Origin: a virus
IMG/VR virus record: IMGVR_UViG_3300031227_000018
Location: 1 to 64,000 of that record
Length of the DNA: 64,000 nt
Reading direction: 5' to 3' (one strand)
Each line of letters begins with the position of its first letter. Positions within the stretch are counted from its first letter, which is position 1. The position numbers and the translations under genes were made by a program. Shown here one piece after another: positions 18,473 through 28,627 of this stretch. The notes beneath the pieces are model-generated. The model did not search any database. It saw only the letters and a list, made by a program, of their open reading frames with translations, and was not told where the DNA came from.

Positions 18473-19975
18473 ATGGCTTTTAATAATTATGTTTCTTTGA
18501 CGACAAAAGAAGATCGTACAATATACGTGGATTATGATATTGGAACCGATGATTTTGATCATGGGGATGCAAGTGGTGCGGGTGCCTATAAAACACTAAC
18601 ATGGGCACTATTAACCATACCTAAGAATTTGAAACATGATTTCATAATCAATGTGGCTCAAAATACTGGCACTGCACAGGAGTATGCGAATCTCCAGGTA
18701 AAAGGTTTTTTCGGGGAGGGAAGTTTATCTATAGTTGGAAAAACAACAGGCCTTCCTTCTCACGGCGATTATATGTTAGCTAAAACAATAGCTGGCAATA
18801 CGTTATTCGAGATTATAAATTGTGCGACGGAGATAAATATTCAAGGAATAGAATTAAGTGTTGCGCCTGCTGTCATTCAAGGTGGGTATGGGGTTAGATG
18901 TTATGGAAGTCCTAGGGTGTTTTTTGATGATTGTTTAATTTATTATCATTCAGTCGGAGCAGCTGCTGAATATTCTTCGGTAAGATTTAAAGATTGTGAT
19001 TTTAAGGAAAATGTTGACGGATTGAGGTCAAATACTTGTGCATTAGTTGAAGTGGAAGATTGTACATCTTCAACAACCAATGTATCTAATGGCATGGTGG
19101 CCGATTCGGGTATTATCTTTAAGGATGGTACTTCCCCGACAGGTAGTGTGGCGAATGAAGTTGAGCAAAATGGTGGGATAATTAGTCCGATTAGTAGTGG
19201 TGGCGGAGATGAATTGTACGACGTTATAGTAGACGCTGCTGGCGGTGGTGATTACACTTCTCTTTATACCGCGTTCAATACCGAAGGTGCTGACACGAGT
19301 TTTTTTATTAAAAAAGGCACCTACGCAGAATCAGATATTGTTCAAATAGAGTCAGGTTGTCGAGTTTTTTGGGACGATGTTACTTTAGATTTAGACGACA
19401 CAAAATATTTGAAAATTGAAGGTCCAGATATTGTGATGCGTGGCAATTTGAGAATTGAAGGCATCGGAGAGGCTCAGCAGCGTACCATATTGTGGATCGA
19501 CACTTTAGCAAACGATAACGATTGGAAGGGGTTCACAGTTAGATTAGTTCCTGAATGTACCACTAAGGGATCCAATGCCATTACAGTAATTGGATACATC
19601 GAAAATGGTGCGGATAGGTCTAATTGGGGAACTTGGAAGATTTACGATTGGACAACTTGGGTTGGGAGCATTGCTGGTCAAGCAATTAGAGTTATTCAAT
19701 CGGCTTGTAATAATTGTGAGCTGGAAGTTATTGGTGAAAATATAGATATAAGTAACAGTAACGTAAACCAATTGCCGGGAGTTCTTTATCCTGGCGGCAC
19801 TGAAAATGTTTTCAAAGTAAACATCACTAATTGTATTGGAGATGCGGCTGCTCAAGGAACTGGAGTAACACTATGGGGTAGCTATAGCACTATTTACGGT
19901 GTTTGCAGAGATTGCAGCGGAACTAATTTTGTAGATAGTGGCTCTGGAGATAACTCAGCAGCTTTAATTACATAG
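18473..19975 (+). CDS. right-handed beta-helix (pectin-lyase-like) spike/fibre protein
   Basis: TIYVD..G.D, AYKTL..AL, IVDAAGGGDYTSL..A; Asn/Cys ladders. Confidence 0.65.
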   Translation: MAFNNYVSLTTKEDRTIYVDYDIGTDDFDHGDASGAGAYKTLTWALLTIPKNLKHDFIINVAQNTGTAQEYANLQVKGFFGEGSLSIVGKTTGLPSHGDYMLAKTIAGNTLFEIINCATEINIQGIELSVAPAVIQGGYGVRCYGSPRVFFDDCLIYYHSVGAAAEYSSVRFKDCDFKENVDGLRSNTCALVEVEDCTSSTTNVSNGMVADSGIIFKDGTSPTGSVANEVEQNGGIISPISSGGGDELYDVIVDAAGGGDYTSLYTAFNTEGADTSFFIKKGTYAESDIVQIESGCRVFWDDVTLDLDDTKYLKIEGPDIVMRGNLRIEGIGEAQQRTILWIDTLANDNDWKGFTVRLVPECTTKGSNAITVIGYIENGADRSNWGTWKIYDWTTWVGSIAGQAIRVIQSACNNCELEVIGENIDISNSNVNQLPGVLYPGGTENVFKVNITNCIGDAAAQGTGVTLWGSYSTIYGVCRDCSGTNFVDSGSGDNSAALIT

Positions 19976-19983
19976 GGGATAAT

Positions 19984-20178
19984 ATGGTTAAGAAATTAAG
20001 AGATACAACTACAGGGGTTATTTTTAAAGATGATCTCGGTGACGATATTATATTAAACGGTGAGACGAGTTTGTACTCGGCAGACGGAAGAACCACAGTT
20101 TACGACGAGAATACAGACGGTCAAAGACGAAAACGAATTGGTGGCTATAACGGAGTGTTGGAAGTATTTGAAGTTTGA
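19984..20178 (+). CDS. small hypothetical protein
   Basis: RBS; operon end. Confidence 0.55.
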   Translation: MVKKLRDTTTGVIFKDDLGDDIILNGETSLYSADGRTTVYDENTDGQRRKRIGGYNGVLEVFEV

Positions 20179-20226
20179 CAGGGTGAAGGTGGTGTATAGA
20201 TTATTAAATAAAAATAATTGATCAGG

Positions 20227-20255
20227 TAAAAATAATAGAGGCAGTAAAGTATAGT
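20227..20255 (+). promoter_or_regulatory. putative late promoter TAAAAA-N17-TATAGT
   Basis: Motif family member. Confidence 0.7.
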
Positions 20256-20288
20256 TAGTTTGAAATTTTACGAAAAGGAGAAAAAAAA

Positions 20289-21791
20289 ATGATTTATCCC
20301 AACCACACTTACGTTAATTTGACTGATGTAACTACAATTCGACTTCTTGATAAATATACGCCTGCCCTTTCTAAGATTCCATTATCGGTTCTTATAGATA
20401 ATGCATTGACTAACGGGGCGTCTACATTTCTTGCTTTAACCGATACTCCTGCAGCTTATACGGGTCAAACAGGCAAGGGTCTTGCAGTGAATGGAGGCGA
20501 AACTGCTCTTGCATTTATTGATCTTGCAATTGGAGATATGACAAAACTGGTGTATGATACGAATGATGATGGAACAGTTGATTCTGCTGACAGTGCGACA
20601 GATGCGAATGGATTGCAAGGGTTTTTAGTTACTGCTCCTTTGGTTGGTGATAATGGAAAAGCTCTCTCTTACAATCATGCTGGAGGAACACTTGATTGGT
20701 CAGCTACATCGATGCCCACTCATTTTGGAAACATTTGGAATGTTGATTACAATGCGGTAGCTGGTGGAGATGGAAGTGTTTGGTCTCCTTTTGATTCGGT
20801 AACACTTGCTAATGCCGCTGCTGCAGTCGGTGATTTAATTCAAGTTGCATCGACTGGAGACATTGTTGTTGGTAAGCCTCTCACATTAGAGGGTGGAAAA
20901 TTTTATAAATTTGAGCCAGATTTCGTAGCTGGTTTAATCACTCTAGATGTCAGTGTATCAACATTACCTATATTTGTTGAAGCATCAAAAATGACTATTA
21001 AAGCACCAGCCGATGCACCCATTTGTGTTTCGGTTGATGATTCTGTATTGATATTCTTTAATTCATACCTTATGATTAGTCATGCTGGTCCAACAACTGC
21101 TACAGGATTCCATTTACCAGCCGGACTTGGTAGCAATGCATCAGTGTCATTTATCAACACTATTCTTCTTGCAGATCTTGGCGGAGCTTCTGCGGATGTT
21201 AAATTAGTGCATTGTGAATCAGCGTTGGGAGGGGTTAGTATTGCTGGTAGAGCAGTGGCAGGAGTTTTCTTTGGTGGAATTTTCATGAAACTTGGTGTGC
21301 TTACTTCAGATGAAGTAGCTATAGATATGGTAGAAGGTACTCTTTATATTGTAGATGCACAAGTAACAAATATTTCTGCAACAAATTATACGATTCAAGT
21401 TGCAGGTGCTGCCAATGCTTATATTGATGGGCATGTAACGAATGGCAGTTCAGGCCAAGCAATTCTACAGGATGGTGCTACTTGTTCGTTACTCCTAGGA
21501 AAGAATGCTTGGGTAGAAAGTCTTGGTGGAACAACTTCTTTAACTAAGAACAATAATTCTTCAGTTATTTACACTTCTGGCGGTCATAGCACAAATATTA
21601 TGGTTGTTGCAGATGGAATTAGGCTTGGTGAAGGTGCTTATTCTTATGTATCTGGTGATCCTGAGACAGCAGGCCCCGCTGGTGCGGCACTCGTGAATAA
21701 TAGTGGGGCACCTGTCATTGATATTGTTACAGGGACTCAGTATATGTGCACTAATCAGGTTGGACCAGCTAGGAATTGGATAGCATTTTAA
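20289..21791 (+). CDS. fibre protein with beta-helix-like region
   Basis: FLALTDTP..YTGQ, GDM.K.VYDTN.DG.VD, GDGS...PF; N-terminal motif shared with 22182. Confidence 0.65.
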   Translation: MIYPNHTYVNLTDVTTIRLLDKYTPALSKIPLSVLIDNALTNGASTFLALTDTPAAYTGQTGKGLAVNGGETALAFIDLAIGDMTKLVYDTNDDGTVDSADSATDANGLQGFLVTAPLVGDNGKALSYNHAGGTLDWSATSMPTHFGNIWNVDYNAVAGGDGSVWSPFDSVTLANAAAAVGDLIQVASTGDIVVGKPLTLEGGKFYKFEPDFVAGLITLDVSVSTLPIFVEASKMTIKAPADAPICVSVDDSVLIFFNSYLMISHAGPTTATGFHLPAGLGSNASVSFINTILLADLGGASADVKLVHCESALGGVSIAGRAVAGVFFGGIFMKLGVLTSDEVAIDMVEGTLYIVDAQVTNISATNYTIQVAGAANAYIDGHVTNGSSGQAILQDGATCSLLLGKNAWVESLGGTTSLTKNNNSSVIYTSGGHSTNIMVVADGIRLGEGAYSYVSGDPETAGPAGAALVNNSGAPVIDIVTGTQYMCTNQVGPARNWIAF

Positions 21792-21831
21792 TAAAAACTA
21801 AAATTAAAACTACAACCGAAAGGGGAACAAG

Positions 21832-22158
21832 ATGAAAAAGATTCAAACTAAAAAGGTGTTGGAGACATTGGATGGTGAACCATTAAAGATGGGGGAAGGT
21901 GTTTTAACGATTGGTAAAGTGATAGAAGCAATAACGAGCAATTATCAGGGACAGGCATTTAAGGGAGACCCTTTAAAGGCATTAGAGATTGCGAGACGTT
22001 TTCATGATAGAGAAGAAGTAGAAATAGATGGGTCTGATTTTCAAGGTCTTATACAAGCAGTGAGAGAGAACAAACAATTCACTGCATTAGTTTTAGGGCA
22101 GATCATTGAAGCTTTTAATGAAGCAAAAGATTCAAATAAAGATGAAAAGAAAACTTAA
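21832..22158 (+). CDS. hypothetical protein, possible fibre chaperone
   Basis: Small soluble protein right after the fibre gene. Confidence 0.5.
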   Translation: MKKIQTKKVLETLDGEPLKMGEGVLTIGKVIEAITSNYQGQAFKGDPLKALEIARRFHDREEVEIDGSDFQGLIQAVRENKQFTALVLGQIIEAFNEAKDSNKDEKKT

Positions 22159-22181
22159 TAAAGGATTGAACTAAGGGAGGA

Positions 22182-22646
22182 ATGAAAATGTCTTATTCTT
22201 ATAATGTATTGACGGTTGCTCAAACTAAACTGTTAGATGATTATACACCTTGGGCTTATAAAGTCAGACTTTCTGAACTTATAGATGAGGCTTTAACGGG
22301 ATCTAGTTTGGGGTTGTTTGAATCCATTACAGTAGAGAACGATGCTATTATTGGTCGTGATCTTCATGTGACGCGGGAAGGGTATTTTGGTCAGTCCCTC
22401 CATTGTGGCGGTGGTTATGGAGATACAGGATTTTCCGTTGATGCGGCTGGAAATGTTATGATGGATGGATTCTTAGATTGTACCGTTGGTGGATTGCGGA
22501 ATAAGGATGAGTCAATTCCCAATATAGGAACTGCAGGTGTTAAAGGTGAGTGGACTTATGGAACGCCTAACGCGGGTACTAATTGGTATATATATATATG
22601 CGTAGATGATAACACGTGGCGTCGAGTTGAGATAGTTGTGTGGTAA
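22182..22646 (+). CDS. short fibre/decoration protein
   Basis: Shared N-terminal motif; C-terminal YIYICV..NTWRRV fibre-like motif. Confidence 0.6.
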   Translation: MKMSYSYNVLTVAQTKLLDDYTPWAYKVRLSELIDEALTGSSLGLFESITVENDAIIGRDLHVTREGYFGQSLHCGGGYGDTGFSVDAAGNVMMDGFLDCTVGGLRNKDESIPNIGTAGVKGEWTYGTPNAGTNWYIYICVDDNTWRRVEIVVW

Positions 22647-22648
22647 AA

Positions 22649-22677
22649 TAAAAATTTTATGACTAAGCGAGTATAGT
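22649..22677 (+). promoter_or_regulatory. putative late promoter TAAAAA-N17-TATAGT heading the glycan cluster
   Basis: Motif family member. Confidence 0.7.
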
Positions 22678-22701
22678 AAAAATAAAATAAAAAGGTAAAA
22701 A

Positions 22702-23814
22702 ATGCGTATAGGAATAGTGAGTACATTTAATGTAGAATGTGGAATAAGTACTTACACTGAGCATTTAGTTGAACATTATCCGGAAGGTCAAGTCCAAATT
22801 TTTGGTAATAAACTAGGTGTTTTAACTGACACTGAAAACTGCCTTAAACACCCTATTTGCAGATGCTGGAGTCGAAAGGATGATTTAATAGAGCTTACCC
22901 ACGCTCTTATAGAATCTGATGTGGATATTGTTCATATTCAGCATGAGTTTGGGTTGTTTCAGAATCAATCAGCATTTGTAGAAATGTTGAAAAAGTTAAG
23001 AGAAAAGAAGATTCCCGTTGTAGTCACATTCCATACGATTTTCTCTGAAGACCATCTTAACAGTGCTATCCAACAAATTTCCACGTATGTTAACATAATC
23101 ATTTGTCATGGGCAAGGAGGTAAGGATGCTCTTCGAAATGTTGGAGTTAACAACACCTCATTGCTTCCTCATGGTTCTGTAAAAGTACAGGCGCGTGGGC
23201 ATGATGAAAGTCGTAAATATCTTAACATTCCTGATGATAAAACTGTTATCTTATCTTTAGGGTTCATCACCCCTAATAAGGGGGCAATGGATTCTGTTTC
23301 TGCAATTTATCGATTAAAGTATGAATTTGAAAATCTCTATTTCTTGATAGTGGGGATGCCCGTGGTTCATGACAATAACTTTGCCAACATGGAGTATTGT
23401 TTAAAACTTTTTAAACGAGTGAAAATGCTCAGTTTATTCGACACTGTTCATATATATCCTAAGTATGTCAGTGAAAAAGAAATAGATTATTATGCGGGTG
23501 CATCAGATATAGCAATAGAGAACTATTATCCAACTCATCATTCTACTTCAGGGATGAGTCATTTGGTTATGAGTTATGGCTTACCTTCTATTTCTTCAAA
23601 AGCCAATATTCTTGCTGATTTAGATTCAACAAGAAGTTTAAAATATAAAATTGGCAACATTGAAGAGATGTCGCAAAAGTTGCGTATTTTAATTCGTAAC
23701 GATGATATTAAGAAAAAATTGAAAGAAAACTGTTTAAGTTATGCTGAGGAAACTTCTTGGGATAAAACAGCAAACATACACATCGGTTTGTACAGCTCGT
23801 TGGTTGCTGAATGA
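22702..23814 (+). CDS. glycosyltransferase family 4 (GT-B)
   Basis: CGISTYT, DIVHIQHEFG, VVTFHT, PHG, GFITPNKG, ASDI, TSG. Confidence 0.9.
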   Translation: MRIGIVSTFNVECGISTYTEHLVEHYPEGQVQIFGNKLGVLTDTENCLKHPICRCWSRKDDLIELTHALIESDVDIVHIQHEFGLFQNQSAFVEMLKKLREKKIPVVVTFHTIFSEDHLNSAIQQISTYVNIIICHGQGGKDALRNVGVNNTSLLPHGSVKVQARGHDESRKYLNIPDDKTVILSLGFITPNKGAMDSVSAIYRLKYEFENLYFLIVGMPVVHDNNFANMEYCLKLFKRVKMLSLFDTVHIYPKYVSEKEIDYYAGASDIAIENYYPTHHSTSGMSHLVMSYGLPSISSKANILADLDSTRSLKYKIGNIEEMSQKLRILIRNDDIKKKLKENCLSYAEETSWDKTANIHIGLYSSLVAE

Positions 23815-23821
23815 GAGGGTT

Positions 23822-24880
23822 ATGGTAGAAAAAGGTTTAAGGGTGATGATTAACGGGTTTTACGGTGCTCACAATAGTGGTGATGAGGCGATGTTGCGCA
23901 ATTTTGTTTATAACATGCAAGCTCACGACCCTGAGTGCATCACATTGGTAGCCACTGATAAGGCTCAGTCATTCAACTATAAGAATGTTTATTTTGTTTC
24001 TTCAGAAGATCGTGCTCAGCTAACAGAAACGGATGCTTTTATCTTGGGTGGAGGGGATCTCACTCCAGCATTTGGGAATCAGCTTTTATTGCATGCGAAG
24101 AAAGTTGGTAATAAATGTATTATGTTGGGAGCCAGTATCAATGATGATTGGTTGTATGAAAAGATGAGGGACATTTATGTAAAGTCTTTAGAATTATTTG
24201 ATCTTATTTTTGTAAGGGATCTTCAATCTAAAGAAAATCTTGATAAGTTGGGAATAAAATGTTCAGTGAAAACTGATATATCAGTAGGTTTACCTTCTGT
24301 ACCAATAGAGTTTAAAAAAAGTGATAAGCATGTTACTTTATGCATAAGGGAAGTTCATCCTGAGTATGAAGTGCGCATGGTTGCTTTGGCAAATAAGGTT
24401 GTAAGGTTTTTGTTAAAAGAAGGGTTTACAATCACTCTACTGCCTCTTTGTTATGAAGATAAAAGGTCTTATGAGTATTTTACGAAAATTGATCCTAAGA
24501 TAGAGATGATTTACACTCTCAGCCCTCAACAGCATAAATATGTTATTGGTAATTCTGATTATGTTATTTCATTGGGTCGCCTGCATCCTTTGATATATGC
24601 TATTGATACGGTTACACCTATGTTGGGAGTGGTTTATCCTATTCTTGAAACTCCCCGCTATCATAAGATGCCCGCGTGGTTTGAGTATATCAATAATGAT
24701 TATTTGCTTAATTTTAATTTGAAGATGAAGGATTTTGAGAAAAAGTTTAGGGAGTTGAATGATCATAAAGATGAAGTTAAAAAACAGTTAGTTATTCAAA
24801 AAAAATCTCATGATAAGTGCAATAAAGAACAGTTTAACGAATTGATCAATTTTATAAAGGGAAAAAATGATAACACCTAA
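23822..24880 (+). CDS. polysaccharide pyruvyl transferase (CsaB/WcaK-like)
   Basis: GFYGAHNSGDEAML, ILGGGDL, IFVRD..S, RLH.LI.A. Confidence 0.85.
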   Translation: MVEKGLRVMINGFYGAHNSGDEAMLRNFVYNMQAHDPECITLVATDKAQSFNYKNVYFVSSEDRAQLTETDAFILGGGDLTPAFGNQLLLHAKKVGNKCIMLGASINDDWLYEKMRDIYVKSLELFDLIFVRDLQSKENLDKLGIKCSVKTDISVGLPSVPIEFKKSDKHVTLCIREVHPEYEVRMVALANKVVRFLLKEGFTITLLPLCYEDKRSYEYFTKIDPKIEMIYTLSPQQHKYVIGNSDYVISLGRLHPLIYAIDTVTPMLGVVYPILETPRYHKMPAWFEYINNDYLLNFNLKMKDFEKKFRELNDHKDEVKKQLVIQKKSHDKCNKEQFNELINFIKGKNDNT

Positions 24881-25475
24881 TTCGATTAAAGAAGGGCCGC
24901 CAGAATATTATGATAACGCCTTTTCTCGTGGAACTTACCCTAATTTTTTTCAGATAGCAGGGTATGTCATGGATTCTTTGGATCGGTTTAAAAGTGGTAA
25001 ATTATGTGTAGCGGAAGCTGGCGTGAGACTTCCCGCATTTAAGCAGCCCTTTTTGGATATTGGATGCGGAATGGGTCGTGTTAGTCTGGTCGGTTATTAT
25101 GGACATGGATTACGGATAGATGGTGTGGATTTTTCTTCTTATGGTATCAATCTTGCAACATGTTACCAATTGAAGAATGTTACTTTTTATCAAAAAGACG
25201 TATGGAATTTTACTGATTATGATAAATATTCAGTTTTTATTATGACTGAATTTTTAGAACACATTAAGGACGATGTTAGGTTTATCCGAGAAAAGATTCC
25301 GTCAGGGTCGTTGGTGATAATATCGTTACCCAGTCCATTGTTTGGGGATACGTATCATTTACGTTATGCTGAATCAGTTTCTGATATTGTTAATGCATAT
25401 GAAAGTGAACTTAATTTCATCGAAGCCAAAGTCATTGGTACAGGGACTTATGGTGCAATAGCTTTGAAAAAATAA
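24867..25475 (+). CDS. class I SAM methyltransferase
   Basis: LDIGCGMG, GVDFS, EFLEHI.DD. Confidence 0.85.
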   Translation: MITPNSIKEGPPEYYDNAFSRGTYPNFFQIAGYVMDSLDRFKSGKLCVAEAGVRLPAFKQPFLDIGCGMGRVSLVGYYGHGLRIDGVDFSSYGINLATCYQLKNVTFYQKDVWNFTDYDKYSVFIMTEFLEHIKDDVRFIREKIPSGSLVIISLPSPLFGDTYHLRYAESVSDIVNAYESELNFIEAKVIGTGTYGAIALKK

Positions 25476-25476
25476 A

Positions 25477-26466
25477 ATGAAAATAACAATTGCAATAAAT
25501 ACAGCTCAGGTGGATTATCCTTATACGGCTTTTCCAAACACTCATTTATTCGAATTAACAATGAGAAGTTTGAGAGAACAAACTTTCAGGGATTTTGAGG
25601 TAGTCGTAGCGGATGTAAATTATGATGAGCGAAAAGACTATTTCAAAGAAAATCCTGAAGATTTCCCAATTAACCATGTTAAAATTAAACCTAATGTGTG
25701 GATTCCGTTCAATCATTTCGCTATTTCAACGACAAAAAACACTTGTCTATTACACGCTAAAGGCGGTATTGTTGCTTCTATTGGTAGTTGTGTTAGGTTT
25801 GATAAGCACTTTGTAGAAAAGGTTGTTGAGGGGGTTGAAGATGGAAATTGTATTATAAGTAGATTTTCGATTGAACGAGGCGATGAAATTGTTTTTAAAG
25901 ATTTGCGACCTGATGATGCTGTATCTGTTCACGGCAATGTGGCAGCTTCAATGGAAGATTGGTTACTCATTAACGGGTACGATGAAATGTATGACGGTTC
26001 CAAAGGGATAGAAGATTGTGATGTTGGAGAAAGACTTTTAAGAGCTGAGAAGGAAATTAAAATGATTGATGGGGGAGTGGTATACGAAGATCATATCACT
26101 TGTTATCCGTTGTTGACAAAATCTCCAAGATTTCAAAAGTGTCAATTTTTATGGTGGACAATTTCTGCTGATAGAAAACAGATTGCTGCGAATAAGAATT
26201 CCTTAACGGATCTTGAATATGATTATTTACAGTCTTGTAAGTATGGAGATACAAGAAGATTTTGTTTGAGAAATTTAAGGTGTATGTATTGTTCCGAAGA
26301 TTTTGAATGTTTTTTTGGAAAGTCGGCTCATTTAACAAAACTCTATATGCATCCTTCATTGATATTTGATTTAAAAGAACAGCAAAAGAATCCAAGGTTA
26401 GCAGTTAAAAGGTTAGCGAAACTTTGTGAAATTGATAATCTTAAAAAATTTGTCGGAGAAGTGTGA
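25477..26466 (+). CDS. GT2/GT7C-like glycosyltransferase, paralog 1
   Basis: LREQTF.DFEVVV.D; NGYDEMYDG.KG.EDCD. Confidence 0.8.
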   Translation: MKITIAINTAQVDYPYTAFPNTHLFELTMRSLREQTFRDFEVVVADVNYDERKDYFKENPEDFPINHVKIKPNVWIPFNHFAISTTKNTCLLHAKGGIVASIGSCVRFDKHFVEKVVEGVEDGNCIISRFSIERGDEIVFKDLRPDDAVSVHGNVAASMEDWLLINGYDEMYDGSKGIEDCDVGERLLRAEKEIKMIDGGVVYEDHITCYPLLTKSPRFQKCQFLWWTISADRKQIAANKNSLTDLEYDYLQSCKYGDTRRFCLRNLRCMYCSEDFECFFGKSAHLTKLYMHPSLIFDLKEQQKNPRLAVKRLAKLCEIDNLKKFVGEV

Positions 26467-26996
26467 GGGGTAAGGTCATGGAAGATCATTTTCAAGAAAG
26501 ATATGTCAAGCATCAACAGCAAAAAGGGGAAGTCTTGCAGCAAATTGTGGAGGAAAGACATTCTAGTAGGATCTTTTCTGATAAAACAGTGAGTGGGGAG
26601 GATATTGACACGTTACTCGCCCACTCACTATATTGCCCTTCTTCTTGTAATAGGCATGCGATTGAATTATCTATTATTAGTGATAAGGATCTTAAGAATT
26701 TATTAGGCGGAATATTGGTGGGTGGGGTTGGTTGGATAAATAGAGCAAGCCATATCATCCTTATTTTTGCTGATTCTGTTGCTTATAAAGCTGGAGATGA
26801 AGTTAAGTTTATGCCATATTTGGATGCTGGAATCATTATTCATCAATTGTATTTAACTTCTGCTGCATTAAGGTTGAAGTGTTGTTATGTGAATCCCAAC
26901 ATTAGAGAAATGAATTATGATCATTTCAAGAAGGTTTTTAGTGATAAAATATTTTGTGGGGCATTCGCAATAGGGAAAGAGGTGAGTGTTGCCTAA
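26463..26996 (+). CDS. nitroreductase-family flavoprotein
   Basis: RHSSRIFS, PSSCNR, LDAG....LYL..AAL.L..C. Confidence 0.85.
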   Translation: MRGKVMEDHFQERYVKHQQQKGEVLQQIVEERHSSRIFSDKTVSGEDIDTLLAHSLYCPSSCNRHAIELSIISDKDLKNLLGGILVGGVGWINRASHIILIFADSVAYKAGDEVKFMPYLDAGIIIHQLYLTSAALRLKCCYVNPNIREMNYDHFKKVFSDKIFCGAFAIGKEVSVA

Positions 26997-28047
26997 AATC
27001 AGTGTGATATACACGACCGCAAGAGGTGATTGTCCAATGAGGGAGAGGCCTGGGGTGAATCAATTTTCTGTATTTTTGGATTCTCTTGAAGAACAGGTGT
27101 TTAAAGAAGAAATTGAAGTGATCATTGTTGATGCATTGAAAGATGTGAAAATAGAAAATTCAAAATTGCCTGCGTATTTAACTGAACGTAAAGAATATAA
27201 TTTTTCTAAGTATTCTTTTCCTGTAAAGCACATCAAACCTCTTCCAAGTTGGTGGTTGGAACATGGGTTCAGTTCTTATTGTCATTGTGTTAATAGCGGT
27301 ATTATTGCAGCAGATGGAGAATTGATTATTTTATTTGATGATTGTTCAAAGATAATGGGAAGAGAAAATATAAAATTGCAATGGGAATGGTATAAAAAAG
27401 GTGATGGTAAGCAGTTTGCAAGATCTATTTATGAATATTGGATTGGGGATAAACCAAGATTGAATTCTGTTGAAGGAAAGCCGTCGTTTGGGAAAATTGT
27501 AAGGCATATGAGTTATGACCGTTTAGAAGAAAAAAATAAATTGTATATAGAAGAGGAATCATTTGGTTCTTATGGGTATTATTCCTTTAGTTTGGATGTA
27601 ATTTTAGCACTCAATGGATACAATGAATTGTTTGATGGAGCTAAAGGTGCAGAAGATTTTGATATTGGCAATCGTTTAATGGCTTATGGTTGTAGGTCTA
27701 TCGTAGATATGAGATTGAGGGTAGTAGAGTTTTCTCATTATTCCACTGCGTTTCATGGTTTGAATGTTGGGGTGGGAAGAAAAAACAATGTTTCCACTCA
27801 CGAAGCACTTTTGCATCTTTGGGAGCCTGATTGGAAGGATCGTGTTCGGGAGAAAAAAACTTTTATAAAAGCGAATGATAGACCTATGACCGAACAAGAA
27901 TACAATTATATGTTAGAAAGGAACAAGGTTTATGTTCCTAATTTTGTAGAAGATGAAGTCATTAAAAGAATGAAAACTCATCCACCAATTTTTGATTTAA
28001 AAGATTTGAGGAAAAAATATCGTGAAGGGTTCTATAACGAGAAATAA
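26986..28047 (+). CDS. GT2/GT7C-like glycosyltransferase, paralog 2
   Basis: KISVI, EVIIVD, LFDD, NGYNELFDG.KG.EDFD. Confidence 0.8.
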   Translation: MLPKISVIYTTARGDCPMRERPGVNQFSVFLDSLEEQVFKEEIEVIIVDALKDVKIENSKLPAYLTERKEYNFSKYSFPVKHIKPLPSWWLEHGFSSYCHCVNSGIIAADGELIILFDDCSKIMGRENIKLQWEWYKKGDGKQFARSIYEYWIGDKPRLNSVEGKPSFGKIVRHMSYDRLEEKNKLYIEEESFGSYGYYSFSLDVILALNGYNELFDGAKGAEDFDIGNRLMAYGCRSIVDMRLRVVEFSHYSTAFHGLNVGVGRKNNVSTHEALLHLWEPDWKDRVREKKTFIKANDRPMTEQEYNYMLERNKVYVPNFVEDEVIKRMKTHPPIFDLKDLRKKYREGFYNEK

Positions 28048-28627
28048 AAAGATTAAAGAACGTATTTACATTACTAAAGACGAGCTAGAATCTATTGAAA
28101 GTGGGCTGTCTTTAGATGCTCATATTCAACGATACGGATTTGTTCGTCAATATGCTCATGGGAATGTTTTGGATTGTGCGTGTGGATGCGGTTATGGAAC
28201 TTATATGTTATCAAAGAACCCTGATGTTGAATCAATTGTTGGGGTGGATGTTTTAAAGGGAGCGATTGAGTATGCGAACCTTCATTTTACTAATGATAAA
28301 GTTTCTTTTAGGTGTGGCGATATCGGGAAGATGGTATTGTTGAAACAGGTTGATCAGTTGATTTCTATTGAAACAATTGAGCATCTTCAGTATCCCTTGG
28401 ATTTAATAAATATGGTTGTAAAGAATAATATAAACGAGTTGATCATTTCGTTCCCAACCAAAAAATCAACTCATTACAATAAATACCATTACCATGATTT
28501 TACCTTTAATGACATTAAAATGTTATTAAGTGATCAATACAGAATAAGAGATTCGTTTGAATACAAAAGAGAAGTTGGGTTTGTTTTTTGTGTTCGATCA
28601 AAACTACAAGAAAGGAATAAGAAATGA
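28022..28627 (+). CDS. class I SAM methyltransferase
   Basis: H..RY, VLDCACGCGYG, SIETIEHL, N.YH. Confidence 0.85.
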   Translation: MKGSITRNKKIKERIYITKDELESIESGLSLDAHIQRYGFVRQYAHGNVLDCACGCGYGTYMLSKNPDVESIVGVDVLKGAIEYANLHFTNDKVSFRCGDIGKMVLLKQVDQLISIETIEHLQYPLDLINMVVKNNINELIISFPTKKSTHYNKYHYHDFTFNDIKMLLSDQYRIRDSFEYKREVGFVFCVRSKLQERNKK

